A stretch of DNA of 64,000 bases from Patescibacteria group bacterium (GTDB taxonomy: Bacteria > Patescibacteriota > UBA1384 > XYA2-FULL-43-10 > 1-14-0-10-43-13). Below the pieces are notes generated by a model. The model was given only the letters and a program-made list of their open reading frames with translations. It was not told where the DNA came from and did not search any database. A program made the translations under genes and the position numbers. Location: positions 238,564-302,563 of the forward strand of contig JBAZNP010000001.1 in assembly GCA_041649155.1 (NCBI GenBank), read 5' to 3'. Shown piece by piece: positions 57,835-64,000 of this stretch (the first letter of the stretch is position 1; the number at the start of each line of letters is the position of its first letter).

Positions 57835-59278
57835 CAAAATCGCGTCAAATACGCTTGTTCAAATTATTGGGCGAATGCTTGTAATGGTAATGGCTTTAAT
57901 TTCGACAAAACTAATTACCAACTACCTTGGACCAGAAGGAACGGGTTTTTACACCACCATAGTAACCTATTTCAATTTTATAATTGTAATCGCTGATTTT
58001 GGCTTATTTTCTGTTGCAGTTAGAGAAGTATCAAAAGACTATTCTAATTATAAAAAGATTCTTGGAAATATTTTTTATATTCGACTTATAAGTGCATTGA
58101 TTGCAACAATCATAGCAGTAATTATTATATTTTTTACAAAGTATCCAACTGAGATTAAAAATGGCGTCTTAATTGCTTCTTTGTTTCCAATATTTAACCT
58201 TACTGGAAGTGTCTATGATATGTTCTTGCAGGTTAAACTAGAAATGAAGAAAGTCGCCATTGCAGAAATAATATCTAAAATAATCGCTCTAGCTGGCGTG
58301 ATAATAGCAGTTGCCTTTAATCTGGGAATTTATATTATTATTACCACCGTATCACTAGCTGCTGTGAGCAATTTTCTAATTAAGATGTTGATTTCAAAAA
58401 AACAACTACCCCTAAATTTTCGTTATGACAAGTCAATTCTTCCACATTTTATTAAAATGTCAGTGCCGCTTGGAATAGTTTTTATCGTTAATAATATTTA
58501 TTTCAAGGTTGACTCTCTAATGCTTTTTTATTACAAAGGAGCTGCTGATGTCGGTATTTATGCTGTTGCCTATCGAGTACTAGAGACGACTCTTTTCGCT
58601 GGGTCCTATTTGACCAGCTCTCTGAAACCGCTTCTTTCTGTTTCAGTTGAAAATGACAAAGAAAAGACGACTAGAGCCTTAAAACAAGGAACTAATTTTT
58701 TGTTTTTTATGGCGCTCACTATTTCAATTATTTGCATTACTTTTCCTAAAGAAATTATACTGTTTCTTAGTAATGAAGAATTTATAAAAGGCGCCAATGT
58801 GACAATAATCCTAGGATTTGCCACAATTTTTATTTACCTGGGCGGCATGTTCGGAGAAATAATGATCGCCAAGGACATGAGAAGAACAATGCTTAAAATT
58901 TCTGGTTTTATCTTGCTGTTCAACGTGGCCTTAAATATGTATCTGATACCGCGTTATGGTTTTATTGGTGCTGCATATGCTACTTTAATTTCCGAAGTTG
59001 TCCTTCTTGCTATTAGCTGGAACGTGGCGAAAAAAGCAACTGAGATTTCTCTTGACTGGGCCAGGATCACCAAACTAGTATCAATCGGACTGTTTTCAGT
59101 TTTATTTGGATATTTTTTGAAAAGATTTGATATTTATTTCCTAATAAATATGTTATTTACGGTCATTACATATGTAGCGCTATCATACTTCTTGGATGCT
59201 ATACCAAAATCTGTAGTAAATAATTATCTAATATCTCTGAAAAGCAAATGGACAAAAAAGACCTCTCCATCATTATAG
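57818..59278 (+). CDS. Polysaccharide flippase (Wzx-like, MOP superfamily)
   Basis: 486 aa, about 12-14 TM helices, typical Wzx N-terminal region (LVQIIGRMLVMVMALISTKLIT). Confidence 0.65.
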   Translation: MSKESNKIASNTLVQIIGRMLVMVMALISTKLITNYLGPEGTGFYTTIVTYFNFIIVIADFGLFSVAVREVSKDYSNYKKILGNIFYIRLISALIATIIAVIIIFFTKYPTEIKNGVLIASLFPIFNLTGSVYDMFLQVKLEMKKVAIAEIISKIIALAGVIIAVAFNLGIYIIITTVSLAAVSNFLIKMLISKKQLPLNFRYDKSILPHFIKMSVPLGIVFIVNNIYFKVDSLMLFYYKGAADVGIYAVAYRVLETTLFAGSYLTSSLKPLLSVSVENDKEKTTRALKQGTNFLFFMALTISIICITFPKEIILFLSNEEFIKGANVTIILGFATIFIYLGGMFGEIMIAKDMRRTMLKISGFILLFNVALNMYLIPRYGFIGAAYATLISEVVLLAISWNVAKKATEISLDWARITKLVSIGLFSVLFGYFLKRFDIYFLINMLFTVITYVALSYFLDAIPKSVVNNYLISLKSKWTKKTSPSL

Positions 59279-60054
59279 TTCATCATAAATCAAAAAATAT
59301 TACTCTTGATTGCATTAAAAGCATCAGGGAACAGATATTTGGAATTTCTCATGAAGTAATCGTTGTTGATAACAGCGAAAACACAGAATACAGAATACAG
59401 AATACAGATATCAGCAAAATACTAGGGCCTTCTACCTTCTGCCTTCTACCTTCTGCCAACAAAGGCTTTGGCGCTGGCAATAATCTGGGCGCGAGCAAGG
59501 CAAACGGAGAATATTTATTGCTCCTGAATCCCGACACTATAGTATTTGATAATTCGATTGAGAAAATGCTTTCCTTTATTAAAAAACACGATGAAATTGG
59601 GGCATTGACGTGTCTATTGGGACCGGATAAAAAAACTCTACAGAAGAATTTCTTTGGTAGATTTCAATCTCTTCTTTCCGTCACGTTTCGACATTATAAT
59701 TATCAAAAAGTTGACCTTTCCAGGGAATTTTTTTATACCGATATAGTTACCGGCGCAGCCCTAATGATTAAAAAAGAAATTTTTGAAAAAGTCGGCAGAT
59801 TTGATGAGAGATTTTTCATGTATTTAGAAGACGACGACCTTTGCAAACGACTGGTTGATGCTGGATATAAAAATGCAGTTTTGAATACTGCAAAGATTAT
59901 TCACCTCGAAGGCAAAAGCATTTCAAAAAATGCCGAGCGCAAAAAGATTTATTATCAAAGCCAAAATCTCTATTGGCAAAAGCACAATGGATTGCTACCA
60001 ACCATTATAATGAGAGTTATTCGTTGGCCATACAAGTTCATACGCACTAAATAA
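59248..60054 (+). CDS. Glycosyltransferase family 2 (GT-A)
   Basis: LSIIIVHH...VIVVDN, then (after an inserted segment) GFGAGNNLG and LLLNPDTIVFD, which is the DXD-region architecture of GT2. Confidence 0.8.
   Translation: MDKKDLSIIIVHHKSKNITLDCIKSIREQIFGISHEVIVVDNSENTEYRIQNTDISKILGPSTFCLLPSANKGFGAGNNLGASKANGEYLLLLNPDTIVFDNSIEKMLSFIKKHDEIGALTCLLGPDKKTLQKNFFGRFQSLLSVTFRHYNYQKVDLSREFFYTDIVTGAALMIKKEIFEKVGRFDERFFMYLEDDDLCKRLVDAGYKNAVLNTAKIIHLEGKSISKNAERKKIYYQSQNLYWQKHNGLLPTIIMRVIRWPYKFIRTK
59383..59457. repeat. Tandem repeats inside the GT2 CDS: (CAGAATA)x3 followed by a 14-nt unit (CCTTCTACCTTCTG) x2
   Basis: acagaatacagaatacagaatacagatatcag shares cagaatacagatatcag with the family F element at 35701. 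It is inserted between the VIVVDN and GFGAGNN motifs, where most GT2 enzymes have only a few residues. Confidence 0.75.
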
Positions 60055-60151
60055 ACAGCAATAAGAACACAGCCATATTTCCAGAAAACAATTTCTCTGA
60101 TAAAATATATTAGTATAAAACAAAAAAACTATTAAAATAAAACCCACTTAA

Positions 60152-61687
60152 ATGAACAAGCTATTCACCTTTTTTAGAAATAGGCCTTATATTTATTGGA
60201 TCTTTATGGTCTTCATTTTTTTAATATTATTTTTTATTCAATATTATGCCCCGATAAGGGGTCGCTATGTAGTACCGCCCGGTGATGATCCATATAGCCA
60301 CTACTTATTCTTAAAGCCAATTTTAGATGGTCAGAGCAACTTTATAGACGCATTGAAGTTGGGAGCGTATCCACCTGGGTTTCATTTTATTATTGCTAAG
60401 ATTGCTGAGTCTACCCATACAGATCCCTTAAGAATTATGGTTCTAATTTATCCATTAATTTTTTTATTAATTTCGCTGGTTGTGTTTATTTTCTCCTATC
60501 TAATTTTTGGTCGAAAAGTTGCTCTAATAGCATTCTTGCTTTATGGTTTTACTCAAAATGCTCACTTGCAGCTTCAAAATGATGGTGGCTATCCAAATTT
60601 AATAGCAGCAGGAATCTTTCTGCCACTATTAATATTATCTGTGATTTATTTTTTCAAAAAAGACGGATTATTACACAAATTACTTTTTTTAATATTAAGC
60701 CTCATATTAGCAGCAGGAATCTTTGTAACCCATCACCTCTCTGCTATATATCTGCTTGGCCTTTTCTTAACTTCTTTCCCTGTTTTGATAATTTATTTAT
60801 GGATATCGAACAGATGGAGTTATGTGAAAGGATTAGTTTATTTTTTGCTTTATGCTGGCATATTATGCTTGACATTTTATATGTATCAATACAGCGAGAT
60901 GTTTGCTTCTGAAAGAAACCTGTCAAATATGATGGTTCAATTATTAAATAATTACCCATTTCTCAGAGTGATTCCAAGAGAAGAATCATCTGTTCTGCCT
61001 CTGTATCTTTATGATGATAATCTAGTAAAAATAATATTTATTATTGGCTTAATGGGCATACCATATGCTTTTTATTGTTTCAAAGAAAATCATAAGAAAC
61101 TTTATTTTCCGTTATTATTACTTACAACTTGGGCAATAATGCTTTTTATTGTCTCTAGAATGTCTTTTTTATCAGATCCAGGAAGAGCCATGAGAGACCT
61201 GACAATACCGCTAGTAATTTTTAGTGCAATATTTTTATCTGATATTTTAAACCGATTCAAAGATAAAGTATTTGCTGTCGCCATATTATTCGTATGCGCT
61301 TATTTTTGGCTCTGGGGAAGTGTCTTCCAGAGATTTATTTCAGCAAGATCATTTGAACCAATGGTAAGAATCACTGATGCTGATATCGATGCAATCAAGA
61401 CAATAAAAAATACTCCTGGAAAAAATAAAAGAATCCTAACCAATGTATCACATCCTTGGCTCAATTATTATTTATCTGATTATAATATTAATTATACTCA
61501 AGATTATATTAGAGATATAGACTTAATAAGCTATGATTTTGTATATCAAATTGATAATCAAATGGGATGGTCTTCAACGCCCATTAACTATAAATTTACA
61601 AAAAATATTTCTAATGGAGAACTAAAAATACTGGGTCAATACAGTACTCCAACTAATAATATTAATGTCTACGAAGTAATTAAATAA
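60152..61687 (+). CDS. Polytopic membrane protein, possibly a GT-C-like glycosyltransferase
   Basis: 511 aa, at least 11 TM helices in the N-terminal two thirds, a soluble C-terminal domain. Assignment is by architecture only. Confidence 0.3.
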   Translation: MNKLFTFFRNRPYIYWIFMVFIFLILFFIQYYAPIRGRYVVPPGDDPYSHYLFLKPILDGQSNFIDALKLGAYPPGFHFIIAKIAESTHTDPLRIMVLIYPLIFLLISLVVFIFSYLIFGRKVALIAFLLYGFTQNAHLQLQNDGGYPNLIAAGIFLPLLILSVIYFFKKDGLLHKLLFLILSLILAAGIFVTHHLSAIYLLGLFLTSFPVLIIYLWISNRWSYVKGLVYFLLYAGILCLTFYMYQYSEMFASERNLSNMMVQLLNNYPFLRVIPREESSVLPLYLYDDNLVKIIFIIGLMGIPYAFYCFKENHKKLYFPLLLLTTWAIMLFIVSRMSFLSDPGRAMRDLTIPLVIFSAIFLSDILNRFKDKVFAVAILFVCAYFWLWGSVFQRFISARSFEPMVRITDADIDAIKTIKNTPGKNKRILTNVSHPWLNYYLSDYNINYTQDYIRDIDLISYDFVYQIDNQMGWSSTPINYKFTKNISNGELKILGQYSTPTNNINVYEVIK

Positions 61688-63007
61688 TTAGTATCTATAG
61701 TGCTCTGGCTTGTATGGGCCATCAACGGGAATGCCGAGATATTCTGACTGCTTCGAAGTTAGTTTTGATAAATGAACTCCAAGTTTGTCCAAATGAAGTC
61801 TGGCTACTTCCTCGTCCAGTTTTTTAGGAAGTGTATAAACTTTGCCCTTCTCGTATTTTTCTTTTTCAGTGAACAAGCTTATTTGAGCCAAACATTGATT
61901 GGTAAAAGATGAGCTCATAACAAAACTTGGATGACCGTGGGCATTGCCAAGGTTAACTAATCGGCCACGGGAAAGGAGGATTAAACATTTGCTATTATTC
62001 CAGATAAATTTATCAACCTGAGGCTGAATGTTTTCTTCTTTAATATTTTTGTTTTCTTCCAACCACTTAACATCTATTTCACTATCAAAGTGACCAATGT
62101 TACAAACAATTGCTGCATCCTTCATTGCTTCCATGTGCTCGCCTCTTATTACATCGCAGCATCCGGTCGTCGTAACGAAAATGTCACCAACTTTTGCTGC
62201 CTCCTCCATTGTAACCACTTCGTAACCTTCCATGGCGGCCTGCAAAGCATTTATGGGGTCGATTTCAGTAACTAGCACTCTTGCCCCAAAACCGTCCATG
62301 CTTTGAGCACAACCCTTACCAACATCGCCATATCCAGCAATAACAACTACCTTGCCAGCAATCATAATATCTGTTGCTCGTTTTATTCCGTCAGCCAAAC
62401 TTTCGCGGCAACCATATTTATTATCAAACTTTGATTTAGTAACTGAGTCATTCACATTGATGGCAGGAAATTTTAATGTGCCCTTTTCCATCATTTGATA
62501 AAGTCGATGAACACCTGTTGTTGTTTCTTCTGAGACGCCAATAATATCTTTTACTAATTCTGGATGTTTATCATTAACTAGTAAAGTTAGATCGCCGCCA
62601 TCATCAAGAAGAAGATTGGGGCCTTTACTATTTTTTTCAAATTTGAGTGATTCTTCTACGCACCACCAATATTCTTCCTCAGTCTCGCCTTTCCAAGCAA
62701 AAACAGGAATACCGGCTTTAGCGATTGCAGCTGCCGCGTGATCTTGGGTTGAAAAAATATTACAACTCGACCACCTGACTTCTGCACCAAGTTCAATCAA
62801 AGTCTCAATTAAGACGGCTGTCTGAATTGTCATATGAAGACAGCCGGCAATTCTGGCGCCCTTCAATGGCTTCTTATCACCATACCGTTCTCGTAATGCC
62901 ATCAGTCCCGGCATCTCTTTTTCAGCCAAGATGATTTCTTTTCGACCCCATTCTGCGAGAGAAATATCTTTTACTTTAAAATTTTCTAATTTGTTCGAAG
63001 ATGCCAT
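61688..63007 (-). CDS. ahcY: Adenosylhomocysteinase (SAH hydrolase)
   Basis: N-terminus [26 protein letters not shown] and NAD site [16 protein letters not shown]. Confidence 0.9.
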   Translation of the reverse strand: MASSNKLENFKVKDISLAEWGRKEIILAEKEMPGLMALRERYGDKKPLKGARIAGCLHMTIQTAVLIETLIELGAEVRWSSCNIFSTQDHAAAAIAKAGIPVFAWKGETEEEYWWCVEESLKFEKNSKGPNLLLDDGGDLTLLVNDKHPELVKDIIGVSEETTTGVHRLYQMMEKGTLKFPAINVNDSVTKSKFDNKYGCRESLADGIKRATDIMIAGKVVVIAGYGDVGKGCAQSMDGFGARVLVTEIDPINALQAAMEGYEVVTMEEAAKVGDIFVTTTGCCDVIRGEHMEAMKDAAIVCNIGHFDSEIDVKWLEENKNIKEENIQPQVDKFIWNNSKCLILLSRGRLVNLGNAHGHPSFVMSSSFTNQCLAQISLFTEKEKYEKGKVYTLPKKLDEEVARLHLDKLGVHLSKLTSKQSEYLGIPVDGPYKPEHYRY

Positions 63008-63872
63008 AGCGTTCCTCTATTTCTTTGTTACTAATATTTTTTAAATAATTTAAGCTAAAATCTTCAGCACAGAATGAAGCTATTGTGCTGCCATAGATTA
63101 TTGCTTTTCTAATATTTGTTTCCGAGATATCACCTGTTTGCGATAAATACCCGACTAGCCCTCCAGCAAAGCTATCACCTGCCCCAGTTGGATCCTTAAC
63201 TTCTTCCAAAGGATAACCAGGCGCAGAAAAATACTTATCATCCGAAAAAAGCAGCGCCCCATGTTCACCTTTTTTAATCACGATATATTTTGCACCCATT
63301 TTTAAGGCTTGTCTTCCTGCTTTTATCAAATTTGGAGTATTAAAAAGCTGTCTTGCTTCTCCTTCATTTAAAACGAATAAATCAGTTTTCTTTATTACTT
63401 CCAGAAGTGAGTTTTTTTTACTCTCAATCCAGTAGTTCATCGTATCAGTTACAACAAATGGCTTATTATTCATCTGTGATAATACTTCGAGTTGAAGATC
63501 TGGATCAATATTTGCAAGAAATAAAAACTTGGCTTCTTTATAGTTATCGGGGATACTTGGCTTAAAATCAGCAAGCGAATTTAATTCTGTTTTGAGCGTT
63601 TTTGCTTCATTCATGTCAAATTCATAAAAACCAGACCAATGAAAAGTCTTGCCTGTTTTTTTGACCCCTGTAATATCTATCTTTCTTTTTCCAAGAAGAT
63701 TTATATACTCTTTTGGGATATCGTCTCCCATTACAGAAATTAAACCCGGATTTGTGAAAAATGATGCGGCAATGCTAGAGTAAACGCCGCTCCCGCCAAG
63801 GGCCGATACAACCTTTCCAAAAGGTGTCTCAACATCGTCTAAACCAATTGTTCCGATAATAACTAAATTCAT
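62976..63872 (-). CDS. PfkB-family carbohydrate/nucleoside kinase, probably adenosine kinase
   Basis: PfkB signature [12 protein letters not shown] and an N-terminal GG dipeptide region. Likely start at the internal ATG 63872 ([13 protein letters not shown]). The 3' end overlaps ahcY by 32 nt. Confidence 0.7.
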   Translation of the reverse strand: MNLVIIGTIGLDDVETPFGKVVSALGGSGVYSSIAASFFTNPGLISVMGDDIPKEYINLLGKRKIDITGVKKTGKTFHWSGFYEFDMNEAKTLKTELNSLADFKPSIPDNYKEAKFLFLANIDPDLQLEVLSQMNNKPFVVTDTMNYWIESKKNSLLEVIKKTDLFVLNEGEARQLFNTPNLIKAGRQALKMGAKYIVIKKGEHGALLFSDDKYFSAPGYPLEEVKDPTGAGDSFAGGLVGYLSQTGDISETNIRKAIIYGSTIASFCAEDFSLNYLKNISNKEIEERYGIFEQIRKF

Positions 63873-63879
63873 TTTTTTA

Positions 63880-64000
63880 TTATTTAATCTTTTTAACTTG
63901 TTCCCATGGCAGGTCGAGTTCCGGTCGACCGAAATGGCCATATGCAGCGCATTGACGGTAGATGGGCCTTCTGAGTCTTAGGTTCTTAATAATCATACCT
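63880..64000 (-). CDS. metK: S-adenosylmethionine synthetase, C-terminal fragment (5' part outside window)
   Basis: The minus-strand frame reads ...[30 protein letters not shown]-stop. AAYGHFGR and PWE are the conserved MetK C-terminal motifs. Confidence 0.8.
   Translation of the reverse strand, partial: GMIIKNLRLRRPIYRQCAAYGHFGRPELDLPWEQVKKIK

Overview
This is a low-GC (about 33-38%) bacterial window that looks like a reduced-genome, CPR/Patescibacteria-like organism (inference from gene content: split Pol I, H+-PPase, PFL fermentation, many surface-glycan genes). It holds three kinds of content. (1) Core genes: lepB (partial), holA, MacB-like ABC, Pol I as two genes, DedA, yhhQ, cofE-like, ychF, pflB/pflA, rpsF-ssb-rpsR, efp, groES/groEL, pyrG, P-type ATPase, VanW-like, H+-PPase, a glycosyltransferase / O-antigen-ligase-like / flippase cluster, ahcY-pfkB-metK. 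(2) An accessory stretch at about 11.3-29.3 kb. It has GC-elevated pyrE-pyrF, a radical-SAM gene, and a tightly overlapping minus-strand operon (SAM methyltransferase, NMT1/SsuA-type binding protein, cobalamin-dependent radical SAM, ABC permease, ABC ATPase fused to a second binding-protein domain, DUF4238). Next to it sits a small integrative module (ribbon-helix-helix protein, excisionase-type HTH, large serine recombinase) inserted directly against the 5' end of ychF. (3) A dense population of short palindromic / terminal-inverted-repeat elements in at least six families. Several copies lie inside protein-coding genes without breaking the reading frame (Pol I 5' nuclease, a nucleotidyltransferase, rpsF, pyrG, a GT2 glycosyltransferase). 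This resembles the Rickettsia palindromic element (RPE) phenomenon. No tRNA, rRNA or CRISPR array was seen. All calls rest on reading the six-frame translations and the nucleotide sequence by eye; no database searches were run.
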